From Candidatus Bathyarchaeota archaeon (GTDB taxonomy: Archaea; Thermoproteota; Bathyarchaeia; 40CM-2-53-6), in assembly GCA_963833125.1 (NCBI GenBank), contig CAWHWX010000004.1:96001-160000 (forward strand): 64,000 bases of DNA. The letters are read 5' to 3'. Positions 1 to 10,073 of the stretch are shown one piece after another. Below the pieces are notes generated by a model, which made no database searches, had not been told where the DNA came from, and was given only the letters and a program-made list of their open reading frames with translations. Position numbers and translations under genes: made by a program. How positions within the stretch are numbered: the stretch's first letter is position 1; every line of letters begins with the position of its first letter.

Positions 1-88
1 AGAGAGCTGAAAACCAGTCTTGCGGCTGCGGCCACAACTCTTTCACCAGAAGGAATGACGCAAACGTCGTGGTGTGTAGAAATAAAAA

Positions 89-793
89 CTAGGCTCCTGC
101 ATCGGCTAACCCGCTCTCTTGCAATTTCACCAAACACGTACTTCTGTGGGTATCAGAACCATCGATTCTCTCTAGAACAAATTCTCTGACGCTTGGTTTT
201 GGGGTGTTTCTGGCTCGGAGGATGGTTCGCGGAAAATGAAAGAGGGTTCGGCGTGCGACAGGTTCGATATCAGCCACCGGTGGTGTGAGGCGAGAGTGAA
301 CTTGGCTGGTGATTAGGCATGCAATGTTGTGGGATGAAGCAAGTTCACTCAGGTAAGCTAATTGTCCCCCCAGGGCTCGGTTTAAGCTGAAGATGCTTTC
401 AGCGTCCGAGAATGCGGCGCGGTACAGTGAGCTAACAGAATCAACTATCACCATTCCCAATGATGGGGTGACGTAATTCTCGAGTGATTCTACCAATGCT
501 CTCTGTTCTGAGAAGGTCTCAGGAAAGAAGAGTGAGATCAGTTCGCTGATGTCCTTGGTTTGATCGCCTGCAATTTGTCTAAACCTCTGTTGAGTGAACG
601 ATCGATCTGAATCAATGTAAATAGCTTTCAGACTCATCTTTGCAGATGAAGCAGCAGCTTGGATTACAGTCGTAGTTTTTCCTGTGGCGGCTTCACCATA
701 AATCAACGTCACCTCTCCCCTAGTGAAGCCTCCATGAATCATTCTGTCGAGGCTTGCACAACCTACAGGAATCTTCTCCCCAGCTACGGGCAA
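89..793 (-). CDS. radB: RadB-like RecA-family ATPase
   Basis: Walker A GEAATGKTT, Walker B VIVDS, ITSQV motif; no RadA N-terminal domain. Confidence 0.75.
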   Translation of the reverse strand: MPVAGEKIPVGCASLDRMIHGGFTRGEVTLIYGEAATGKTTTVIQAAASSAKMSLKAIYIDSDRSFTQQRFRQIAGDQTKDISELISLFFPETFSEQRALVESLENYVTPSLGMVIVDSVSSLYRAAFSDAESIFSLNRALGGQLAYLSELASSHNIACLITSQVHSRLTPPVADIEPVARRTLFHFPRTILRARNTPKPSVREFVLERIDGSDTHRSTCLVKLQESGLADAGA

Positions 794-889
794 CTATCAA
801 ACTACCCTTACATACCCGACGCAGATTCTTCCGGCCTTGTTGCCGTCTCTAACCTGGGGCCGGAATAAGTTTCCCTATTCCGCGCGGGC

Positions 890-1255
890 CTATTCTTGGC
901 TGGACATTAATTCCTTTACGATAGCCCGAGGTCTGGCGGCGTCGAGCAATCTGGTGAATTGCTTGATCCACAACGGGTATAGGTAGAGTTTTCCGTAAAA
1001 AAATTCTTCAAAAACCAAGTTATCGAGGAGACTGATCGCCCTGCGAACTCTCGAATAGCCGTACACCGTTGAAAGGCGGTCGACATTATCAAGCGAGGGA
1101 AGACTCAGAAATTCAGATGCGACGGTAGAGTACACGTCCCTCTGCTCTTGCCCTTCCTGCAGCTTCCTTTGCTGTAGCTTTCTTAGGGCCAGTCGCTTAA
1201 ACACCCGCGACTGTTTCAACCGTTCGTCGAGAGCGGAATTTGCGGTTAGGTCCAT
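890..1255 (-). CDS. Hypothetical protein
   Basis: 121-aa ATG ORF between radB and gcvH with TTTAAA box upstream; no family recognised. Confidence 0.55.
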   Translation of the reverse strand: MDLTANSALDERLKQSRVFKRLALRKLQQRKLQEGQEQRDVYSTVASEFLSLPSLDNVDRLSTVYGYSRVRRAISLLDNLVFEEFFYGKLYLYPLWIKQFTRLLDAARPRAIVKELMSSQE

Positions 1256-1344
1256 GCGGGGTTCAGTCCAGCTATTGCTTTCGAACCCATTTTTAAATTA
1301 ATGCATGATCGATGGAAGAACGTCGTCGCATTCAAGTGGAGTCT

Positions 1345-1758
1345 TCACTTCTTCTTGGTAACTTCCTTGAGGAAAGCTGCGTAACTTTCGGCAGTTAGGA
1401 GCGCTTTCATATCCTCCTGCAAGTGTGAAGGCTTAACTATGACAAGCCAGCCCGCCCCATACGGATCCTGATTCACTAACTCAGGCGACTGCACCAATTT
1501 CTCGTTACGCTCCGCGATATCACCCGCTACGGGAGAGTAAAGCTCTGAAACCGCCTTAACTGACTCCACTGTGCCAAATGACGCACTTCGCGACAAACTC
1601 TTACCCAACTGTGGCAGGTCGACGTAAACGACCTCGTGAAGCGACTTTTGAGCATAGTCTGTTACGCCAACCCGGCATAAACCGTTCTCTACCACCATCC
1701 ACTCATGTTCCTTGGTATAGTGACGTCCGTCGGGAACGTCATAATCGTCAACCTTCAT
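1345..1758 (-). CDS. gcvH: Glycine cleavage system H (lipoyl carrier) protein
   Basis: YTKEHEW, GVTDYAQ, lipoyl-lysine motif VESVKAV, NQDPYGAGW. Confidence 0.95.
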   Translation of the reverse strand: MKVDDYDVPDGRHYTKEHEWMVVENGLCRVGVTDYAQKSLHEVVYVDLPQLGKSLSRSASFGTVESVKAVSELYSPVAGDIAERNEKLVQSPELVNQDPYGAGWLVIVKPSHLQEDMKALLTAESYAAFLKEVTKKK

Positions 1759-1866
1759 CAGAGAACCAGCCCGGCAAGCGAATGAGAAGATCCGATACTG
1801 TATTTAGCAATATTCACTGGATTCTAGACCCGTAAACATTACACCAAGTTCGCACAATGATCCCTA

Positions 1867-2946
1867 ATGCTCCGTGAATTATTTCCCAAAAAGACCTTAC
1901 TTGTACGTGGACCAGCAAGCATCGTCCTTCTCGATGGACAAACCTCAATTTTGGGAGCAACCATTCAACCGCATCAACGAATAACCATCATGAACGAAAA
2001 ACAGATACCGATTGAAGCAACGCAACGTGCAAATTTAGAAATAGTTCTTGGAAAATCAGGTGGGATATTTGAGATTCAAGGCAGCACGATTCCGCCTTCA
2101 TGGGCCGTCGCAGCCCAATCGCTGAGAGAAATGAGCCAAGCAAAGGTCGCAGTGATAGGACCGACCGACGTGGGAAAGAGCACTCTGTGTGTCTATTTGG
2201 TTAACAGGCTGTTGGGACAGAAACTGTCCATCATTGATGCGGACGTAGGGCAGACGGACATGGGCCCACCAACTACGATAGCTAGAGCAGAGCCCAAGAA
2301 TTCGATCACATCCCTAACGGAATTAGATCCCGCCGCCCGAATTTTCATCGGGAACACAAGCCCGGGCCAGGTTAAAGGGAAACTGATTGAGGGCATTCAA
2401 AGACTATCTGCTGGGGCGCAAGACTCACTCACGATCATAAACACCGACGGCTGGATCGCGGATCCCGAAGCGATCCAGTATAAAATCGACCTCATCGATC
2501 AAACCAAACTCGACTTGGTGATTGGCCTAGGTTTAGGAAATGAACTTCAACCCATCCTGGTTGGAAGTGGGGCACAATCATTGACCGTCGAGCCGGCTAA
2601 GGAAGTGTTAGCACGTTCCAGGAGCGACAGACGGAAGATACGGATCGATGGCTACCGTAGATCCCTAGATGGGGGAAATGTGAGAACTTTCACTCTACAA
2701 GAGGTGCGATTTTCCATTCCCGAGAGCCTCTCTTTCCTGAACAAATCAAAACCCAGTGAATTTAGGAACATTATCGTTGGCCTTCTCGATGAAAACCAAT
2801 ACCTAGTACAGATCGGTGTCCTACTCACCTTCGAACTTGGGGAAGTAAGAGTCTACTGCAAACCCGCGGAGGGAATCCGTACGATAGAGCTCGGCTATCT
2901 GAGACTGGCGACCAACGGTAACGAACTCGGATTCGTGGACTGGTAG
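1867..2946 (+). CDS. Clp1/Grc3-family polynucleotide 5'-hydroxyl kinase
   Basis: GPTDVGKST P-loop, DADVGQ, INTDGW motifs. Confidence 0.9.
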   Translation: MLRELFPKKTLLVRGPASIVLLDGQTSILGATIQPHQRITIMNEKQIPIEATQRANLEIVLGKSGGIFEIQGSTIPPSWAVAAQSLREMSQAKVAVIGPTDVGKSTLCVYLVNRLLGQKLSIIDADVGQTDMGPPTTIARAEPKNSITSLTELDPAARIFIGNTSPGQVKGKLIEGIQRLSAGAQDSLTIINTDGWIADPEAIQYKIDLIDQTKLDLVIGLGLGNELQPILVGSGAQSLTVEPAKEVLARSRSDRRKIRIDGYRRSLDGGNVRTFTLQEVRFSIPESLSFLNKSKPSEFRNIIVGLLDENQYLVQIGVLLTFELGEVRVYCKPAEGIRTIELGYLRLATNGNELGFVDW

Positions 2947-2991
2947 ATCGTCCGATAACGGTTATCTTTAATCGAGCGTAGAATAGTTGCA

Positions 2992-4422
2992 GTGAACTCG
3001 TTTACGTTGGCGTCTGTGTTGAACACGCTCGAAGATTACCGGATGAAGATACGTGAAACTGACAAGCAAATCCTGTCCCTGATCAAGGAGCGCTTAGCGA
3101 TTGGGGGTCAGGTTGCCGACATCAAGCATGGTAAAGGTCTACCGACAATAGACCCCGATGCCGAAAAGGCCACGATGGAGAGCCTTGCACAATTTGGGGC
3201 AGAACTCGGCCTAGATCGATCCTTCGCAAGGCGCCTGGGTGAACTACTCATCGAGGAAACAGTTCGAGTGGAGGATCGGGTTCAACCGCAAGGTTCGAAA
3301 GACCAGTTGGCGAAAGAAATTTTCGAACTCACCCAGAAGCTCACATCCCAAGGCACCAAGGTCACAAGGTTCGAAATCGGGGAACCAAACTTCTCCGCCC
3401 CGCCCCAAGTAATACGCGGGTTGAGCTCGACATTCAAGAAGAAGCACATTATCGGATACGGACCGGCCGCAGGGTTACCTCAATTAAGAGAAGCACTTGC
3501 AGCCGAACTGAACCAGCGGCATGAAGCTAAGATTGACCCTGATCAAATCTTAATTACTCCTGGCGGCCGGTTCGGGATCTTCGCCGCGATCACCAGTTTC
3601 ATCTCATCCTTGGAACGCGTGGTGATTCCTCAACCAATCTGGCCTGCCTACGAAGAGTGCGTGAATTTCGTTAAGGGCCGGGTGATCCCGCTGAACTCAA
3701 GTTTTGAAAACCATTGGGACATGGACCTCTCGGGGCTTGAGTCAGAACTAAAGAAGGGCGCTAAAATGCTGATTCTCAATAGCCCATGCAACCCCACTGG
3801 AAGCGTCGTCGGCAAGGAGAAGTTCGAACAAATCGTAAATCTGGCTGCGAAATACAATACTATGATACTATCAGACGAGGTTTACGATCGATTTGTTCGC
3901 ACGCGGGCACCGAGCCTGCTAGACAGCGGCTATGACAATTTTGTTTACATTAACAGTTTCTCTAAACAATTTGGAATGACGGGCTGGAGAATAGCATACC
4001 TAGTTACAACAAAATCAAATGCCACGCGAATTCGACGAATACTGCAGACGGCCATAACTTGCGTGCCCGAATTCATTCAAAACGCCGCCCTCGTCGCGAT
4101 CAAACATGCGAAGGGCGAGGCTCAACGCAATGTAAAGGCGATCATGAAGAAAGTAGATCTCACTTGCCGAGAGCTTGACAAAATCGACGTTTCATTCCAC
4201 AGGCCAGAAGGAGCTTTCTACGTTTTCCCCAAAGCCAACAAACCAAACTTCGACTCAATCAAATTTGCGAAAAACCTCCTAGAGAATTATCACGTAAGCA
4301 TTACTCCTGGATCATCTTTCGGAGACTACCCGGAATTCTTCCGGCTTGCCGTATCATTACCAAGACAACAAATTCCAGGCGCGATCAAGTCTATTGGTAA
4401 GGCGATTGACACATGGCAGTAG
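2992..4422 (+). CDS. Chorismate mutase (AroQ) fused to class I/II PLP aminotransferase
   Basis: N-terminal R-x2-I-x3-D-x2-I...ER...K AroQ pattern; GEPNF, NSPCNPTG, SDEVY, SFSKQFGMTGWRI. Confidence 0.85.
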   Translation: MNSFTLASVLNTLEDYRMKIRETDKQILSLIKERLAIGGQVADIKHGKGLPTIDPDAEKATMESLAQFGAELGLDRSFARRLGELLIEETVRVEDRVQPQGSKDQLAKEIFELTQKLTSQGTKVTRFEIGEPNFSAPPQVIRGLSSTFKKKHIIGYGPAAGLPQLREALAAELNQRHEAKIDPDQILITPGGRFGIFAAITSFISSLERVVIPQPIWPAYEECVNFVKGRVIPLNSSFENHWDMDLSGLESELKKGAKMLILNSPCNPTGSVVGKEKFEQIVNLAAKYNTMILSDEVYDRFVRTRAPSLLDSGYDNFVYINSFSKQFGMTGWRIAYLVTTKSNATRIRRILQTAITCVPEFIQNAALVAIKHAKGEAQRNVKAIMKKVDLTCRELDKIDVSFHRPEGAFYVFPKANKPNFDSIKFAKNLLENYHVSITPGSSFGDYPEFFRLAVSLPRQQIPGAIKSIGKAIDTWQ

Positions 4423-5300
4423 CAACTATCGTTGGCGGCACGGGGCGTATGGGGACTTGGTTCGCGGATTTTCTCTCAGCAAATGGATACGAGATCATAA
4501 TATGTGACACAAAGAAACGCCTCACCCGAAGATCGGCCAAACGCAAAGGATTCAGATTCATGACGAACGAAATCACCGCTTCCCAACTCTCTCGGCTAGT
4601 CGTTCTAGCCACGCCTACACACACGACCGTATCAATCCTCAAACTTATCGCACCGCATATATCCCGACGGACTCTTATCGTAGAAATCTCCTCGGTAAAG
4701 GAACCTATCAAGAGAACAATTACAAGCCTAGCAAAGCGCGGCTTTCAGATTCTAAGCATTCATCCCATGTTTGGCCCCGGACCGGCCAAAAACTTAGCGG
4801 GTAAAGCAATTATCATCGCACTTCAGCCGCGTGGAAGTAAATCTGCAAAGAATTTCTTGTCACTCTTTAGGAGAAGAGGAGTCGCCATGATTCCAAGCGA
4901 CCTGGGGAACCACGACCGAATTGTTGCTGCAACATTGGCCTTGCCACATTTCATGAACTTTGCATTCATCAATACTCTGAAGGATACCGGTCTGAGCCCT
5001 AACCAAGCTCGAGCCTTTGCGGGCACAACATTCAAACTCCAGCTCCTTGTAGCGGAAGAACTCTACCACGAAACACTCGAGAACGAAGTCTCAATTCTTG
5101 CCGACAACAAGTACTCAGCACAACTCTTCAAGCAATTCGCGAAACATACTAACACTATTCGAAACACAATTCACAACAGACCGCGGAGAAATTTGACCCG
5201 TAGCTTAGAGCAGGGGGCAGCCTATGTTCGGAAGGACGCCCTGTTCGGTAGGGCATACGATCGGTTTACGGCTGCTGTTGAAGCATCGAACGCCCCTTGA
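4413..5300 (+). CDS. tyrA: Prephenate/arogenate dehydrogenase
   Basis: GGTGRMG Rossmann motif, EISSVK, HPMFGP, HD...LPH. Confidence 0.9.
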   Translation: MAVATIVGGTGRMGTWFADFLSANGYEIIICDTKKRLTRRSAKRKGFRFMTNEITASQLSRLVVLATPTHTTVSILKLIAPHISRRTLIVEISSVKEPIKRTITSLAKRGFQILSIHPMFGPGPAKNLAGKAIIIALQPRGSKSAKNFLSLFRRRGVAMIPSDLGNHDRIVAATLALPHFMNFAFINTLKDTGLSPNQARAFAGTTFKLQLLVAEELYHETLENEVSILADNKYSAQLFKQFAKHTNTIRNTIHNRPRRNLTRSLEQGAAYVRKDALFGRAYDRFTAAVEASNAP

Positions 5301-5304
5301 GTCC

Positions 5305-6415
5305 TTAGAGATTCTTCTTACCTAGGGTTCGCGGGATCACGCCAGATCGAAGGCAATGATCCGCCAAAACAATCGCGACTGAAGCCTCTACGACCGGTAC
5401 GGCCTTCGGAACTATGCACGGGTCGTGGCGACCAGTAACTTGAATCGTCGTGTCCTGCATATCCTTCAAGTTTACAGTCTTCTGTTCCTTCGGAATCGAC
5501 GAAGGTGGTTTAAACCCAACACGTACAACGATAGGCATTCCATTTGACAACCCCCCAAGAATTCCACCAGCATTGTTTGTCAAGGTAACCACCTTACCGT
5601 CCTTGACCGCGTAGGAATCGTTATTCACTGACCCCGTTACTGCGGAGGCCTGAAACCCTAATCCCACTTCAAAGCCCTTGACCGCTGGAATACTGAACGC
5701 GATCTTAGCAAGGTCCGCATCTAAGCTATCGAAGAAGGGTTCGCCAATTCCAGGCGGCACTCCGTCCGCTATGCATTCGACAACACCGCCCAGGCTATCG
5801 CCTTCATTTCGAGCCTTCAAAATTGCCTCCTGCATCTTCTGGGCAACATCTGGATCAGCGCAACGAACTGAGTTCGTGTACGCATCACGTTTTATTACGT
5901 CATGCTGCAGTTGTTTGTCCATTCTTATTGAATCGACCTGCACCGTGTGTGCAAAAACCTGCACGCCAATCGCAGTTCAGGAGTTTTTTCGCGATCGCCC
6001 CCGCCATGACTATTGGGGCCGTTAGTCTTCCGCTGGCACGTCCTCCACCCCGTAGGTCGTTGAACCCGCCGTATTTGATTCTCGCGGGATAATCCGCGTG
6101 GCCTGGCCTTGCGACGTTGGCTAGTTTGTCGTAATCTTGCGACCTAACATCCTTGTTTAGCGAAAGCACCGCTACCGGAGCACCCGTTGTATACCCATCG
6201 AATAACCCGGATAGAATCTGCACCTCATCTCGCTCGCGGCGTGCGGATGTAATGCTCGGGTCGGGCGGCATTCTCCTCGCGAGTTCCTCGTTCACCTCTT
6301 CAGCGCTAAGCTTGAGTCCTGCCGGACAACCATCAATGACAGCAGCCACCCCTGGGCCATGGCTCTCTCCGAATACTGTCACGCGGAATTGCTTGCCAAA
6401 CGAACTATCACTCAA
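5305..6415 (-). CDS. aroC: Chorismate synthase (one frameshift near 5975)
   Basis: FGESHG, RPGHAD, GGRASGR in ORF 5900-6415; GDSLGG, NNAGGILGG, GRHDPC in ORF 5305-5964. Confidence 0.93.
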
Positions 6416-7677
6416 TCACATTGACCCCCAAAGCTCGGATGTCGTTGAAGTATGTTGGGTAGGATTTATTCACACACTCTGCATTTCTGATCATGACCGG
6501 GCCGCTTGCGTTAAGGGCTGCTATGGAAAGTGCCATAGCGATTCGATGGTCGCCGTGGGAATCAACAGTTCCTTCGTGAAGAGAAGCCGGCCCTAAGATA
6601 ACTAACCCGTTGCCGCTCTCGCCAATCTCTGCCCCAAGTAATCTCATCTCGGACATGATCACGTATAGTCTGTCAGACTCTTTATAGCGCAACCTCCCGG
6701 CTCCGGTAATTCTTGTTTCTCCTTCGGCATGACAACCCAGTACTGCTATAACCGGCCCTAGATCGGGACAGTTAGTGATGTCCGTGTCCACTGCCTTAAG
6801 CGCTTGGCCTTCCACACGCAACGCAGCCGACGTGAAACGAGTCGTAACGCCCATGCGACCTAACACTTCCAAGAAAGCTGAATCCGGATCAGAGCGGTCG
6901 TGCGGGAGTCCTAGAATCGTAATTTTCGACCGAGTCACGGCTGCAGCAGCCATGAGGAATGCTGCGGATGAATAGTCGCCGGGAATCGTGTGTTCCGACG
7001 GCTTGTAGGTTTGACCCGGCGTGACTTCATAGCGTGACATATCATCGTTGATGTCTACACTGACGCCGTGACGTTTCATCGTCTCAACTGTCATTGATAC
7101 GTAGCCGCGCGATTCTAAGGGTGAAATGAGTTTCATTGTTAGCCCGGCTTCCATTAGCGGGCCGGCGAGAAGCAGGCCGGAAATGAATTGAGAACTCACA
7201 TTACCCGGCAACTCAACATTGCCTCCTTTAGCTGGTCCCGCCTTAACTTGAACTCGCGTTTCCCTCGAGGCTGATTTCTATGCCCAGCTGCCTCATGCTT
7301 TCAATTAGGGCTTGAATGGGTCTCCGCATTAGCGTTTCGCTGCCTTTCAACCAAACTTCCTTTCCCGCGAGCGACGCGATGGGGATTGTAAACCTGAGAG
7401 TCACTCCTGACTCTCCGCATTCAATCGTTCGTTGCGGTGCAATGGGTCGCCCTGTACTCAAAACGCGCCAGCTCTCTTGTCCTCTCTCGAATTTTGCTCC
7501 TAGAGATGCAACGGCAGCAGCTGTCGCCTCCGTATCGTCGCAGTAGAGAGGGTTGTGTATTATTGTCGAGCCGTTTGAAAGCAGCCCTCCGAAGAGTGCA
7601 CGGTGTGTTAGCGCCTTGGAGGGAGGTGCCTTTACCTCTCCCGAAAGCACGTGGGTCGGAGCAATTGTGATATTCAA
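6408..7677 (-). CDS. aroA: EPSP synthase (one frameshift near 7257)
   Basis: PPSKALTHR, GESGVTLRF, GNVSSQFISG, KESDR, DHRIAM, KSYP across two frames. Confidence 0.93.
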
Positions 7678-7679
7678 AC

Positions 7680-8561
7680 TTAGAGCCTCGTGGATTTTGC
7701 TTTCTGGAAATTGAGTGAAGTTTCAATGATCCGACCACCCAGTCTGCGCCAAACGGCGCGAACGTTCTCTTTGTCGGATTCTCGAACAATTGCAACAACT
7801 GCGGGTCCTTTTCCTGTCAAACCGGCTGCTACTGCGCCAGCGTTCAATGCGGTCATGGTGGATGTCGTGTTAAACCCAAATGCGGTTGAGTACGCCAGTC
7901 CGTTAAGTGTTAACGAGTTCCAGTAGTCACCTCGTAATGCTTCTCTGAAGGCGACTCGAATTATTGGTTTGATTTCTCTCAGTGGTGCAGGGTCGACATC
8001 ATGTGTGTATAACTTCTGCTTTGGGACGTGAACGAGAACTCGGAGTCTAGTCCCTGGCTTAAACCGCTTGAGAATTCTCCGCTTCAAATTGTCAGTTATC
8101 ACGACCCCCCCAAAATAGCATGCGCAAGCATCGTCAAAGGCTCCCGTGAGGGTGACCCCTGCACTCAGGCTTGCCTCAACCCCAAGTTTGACTACTTCGA
8201 TGTCCTCTGTTTTTCTTCCCAATGCCTTTACGCATGCAAGGGCAATAGCATTACTCGCAGCACTGCTGCTCTTGAGACCCGCAGCAATTGGTATGTTCGA
8301 TTGCGTTTCGACAATGGCTCCCAATCGTTTGCTGTAGCCAAACCGACGAAATACTCGCTTCACTGTTGCTTCAGCTAACCCGCCTTTCTCTTTGGGGTCG
8401 CTGAGGTTCCTTTCTGTGATTAACCCCGCTCGACTTGTTAGCGTCACCTTGGCTCGGGTCCACAGTTTTATGCCGACCGCTGCGCCCTTACCAGTTGCCA
8501 TGGCGTTCACTATGGTTACAGCTCCGTAACTCACTGCCTCAGCTCCTCGAGCCATGGTCAT
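7680..8561 (-). CDS. aroK: Archaeal GHMP-type shikimate kinase
   Basis: VNAMATGKGAA, GLKSSSA, TGAFDDA, GLTGKGP; ATGA overlap with aroE stop gives start 8561. Confidence 0.93.
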   Translation of the reverse strand: MTMARGAEAVSYGAVTIVNAMATGKGAAVGIKLWTRAKVTLTSRAGLITERNLSDPKEKGGLAEATVKRVFRRFGYSKRLGAIVETQSNIPIAAGLKSSSAASNAIALACVKALGRKTEDIEVVKLGVEASLSAGVTLTGAFDDACACYFGGVVITDNLKRRILKRFKPGTRLRVLVHVPKQKLYTHDVDPAPLREIKPIIRVAFREALRGDYWNSLTLNGLAYSTAFGFNTTSTMTALNAGAVAAGLTGKGPAVVAIVRESDKENVRAVWRRLGGRIIETSLNFQKAKSTRL

Positions 8562-9424
8562 TCGCCATTGACTCGAGCAATTGACCGGCGCATCTCGGAG
8601 ACCGGGGGTTTCTTTCCGGTCCAGATCGTGAATGAGCATGCGCCTTGACCCACTAGCATATCTAATCCGTCAATCGTCCGAGCCCCCGCTAAAATCGCAT
8701 TTCGAAGCAGCATGGTTCTCACGGGTCTGTAAACGATGTCGAAAACACATTGATCCGACCGCAGCCATTTCTTGGAGATGGGAACGTTCACATTCCCACT
8801 CATACCCATCGAGGATGCGTTCAAGATTATGTCCGCACTCTCTACATGTGTCCGCAACGATTGGCTCGAAAGAGACACACACTTGGTTTCGACACCGAAT
8901 TCCTTGCGCAAGAGTTTCGCTAACCTTTGAGCCCTTGAAATCCTACGATTCACAAAAGTGATCCGACATCGTTGTCCGGAAAGTGTGTGGGCAATAGCCC
9001 GTGCGGCACCGCCAGCGCCGAAGAGTAGAATTGATTTACCGCGAGTTGAGACCTTCGCTTCATTCAGGGCATATAACGCTCCAGCTCCGTCTGTGTTAAA
9101 TCCAGTCAAGGTGCCCGCATCAGCCTTCACAGTGTTTATCGATCGAATCTCAGCTGCCTTAGTTTCAACTTGGTCGATGTACCGAAGCATCGCAGCCTTG
9201 TGTGGAGTCGTGACATTGAACCCCCTTACCCCAAGGGATTTCAAACCTTGAATGGCGAACCTTAGCCCAGAACTCTCGACGCGAAACGGGACGTAGATCG
9301 CGTTCAGGCCCGTCGCTCGAAAGGCAGTGTTTTGGATTGTGGGGCTCATCGAGTGGTCAATTGGATCGCCGATGAGAGCGTACACCATACTGCTCCCTGA
9401 GACGTTTTGCTTATTGGATTCCAA
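8558..9424 (-). CDS. aroE: Shikimate dehydrogenase
   Basis: GDPIDHSMSP, GFNVTTPHK, NTDG, GAGGAA, DIVY. Confidence 0.95.
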   Translation of the reverse strand: MESNKQNVSGSSMVYALIGDPIDHSMSPTIQNTAFRATGLNAIYVPFRVESSGLRFAIQGLKSLGVRGFNVTTPHKAAMLRYIDQVETKAAEIRSINTVKADAGTLTGFNTDGAGALYALNEAKVSTRGKSILLFGAGGAARAIAHTLSGQRCRITFVNRRISRAQRLAKLLRKEFGVETKCVSLSSQSLRTHVESADIILNASSMGMSGNVNVPISKKWLRSDQCVFDIVYRPVRTMLLRNAILAGARTIDGLDMLVGQGACSFTIWTGKKPPVSEMRRSIARVNGE

Positions 9425-10073
9425 GGGTTTGCCAAACCATCCTAAGTGCGTCTATGCTCAATTGGCCATCGGCAGTTTTCGATTCCTCCGAGACTGATGC
9501 AAAAGTGAATTCCGCACCATACCAAGGCGATAGAATTCGCGATGGAATACCTTGTAACCCCATCGCGAACGAGACCAATCTCGTATTGGCTGATTCATCT
9601 TCCACGAAACCAAGAATTGTCAAGTTATCGCTCGGTTTGAGCGCAGTGGTTACAACTTTACAAACGTCACCTCCAACTTTCTTCTCCGCTTGCAAAACCT
9701 TCCTCAATTCTTCGGAAGAAGGCGTGCGAGAAAAATCGTGAAATGATACGATTACTTCACTCCCTCTGGACTTAACTTCTTTGACTATGGGATGGGATGA
9801 GGCTGCTGAAAGTTCGATGTCAACCAAATCGAAACCTGCAGCCGCAGCATGTGATAGAAGTTCTAATCTAGGGTTCGAGCCTCGACTCGATCTGTCTGTA
9901 GCGATAACAGGGCAGAACTTTGTTTTCGCGATCTCTTCGAGGATTTTAGGTTCACGTATTCTGTCGAGTCGAAATTCAACGAGGTCGGGTTTCTTGGATG
10001 AGATTTGCTCGATGAGTTTAGCAACATTCGCTTTGTCATCTACCATGACGGACAGGCATACTTTGCACTTCAG
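9411..10073 (-). CDS. aroD: Type I 3-dehydroquinate dehydratase (CTG start)
   Basis: EFRLD, VSFHDF, DVCKVV, AMG...SR, TADGQL; N-terminus KCKVCLSV needs a CTG start overlapping the aroB' TGA. Confidence 0.9.
   Translation of the reverse strand: MKCKVCLSVMVDDKANVAKLIEQISSKKPDLVEFRLDRIREPKILEEIAKTKFCPVIATDRSSRGSNPRLELLSHAAAAGFDLVDIELSAASSHPIVKEVKSRGSEVIVSFHDFSRTPSSEELRKVLQAEKKVGGDVCKVVTTALKPSDNLTILGFVEDESANTRLVSFAMGLQGIPSRILSPWYGAEFTFASVSEESKTADGQLSIDALRMVWQTLGIQ

Noticed and set aside
1-46. Possible gene start on the minus strand at the window edge (GTG AAA AGA GTT...)
   Set aside because: Too short to assign
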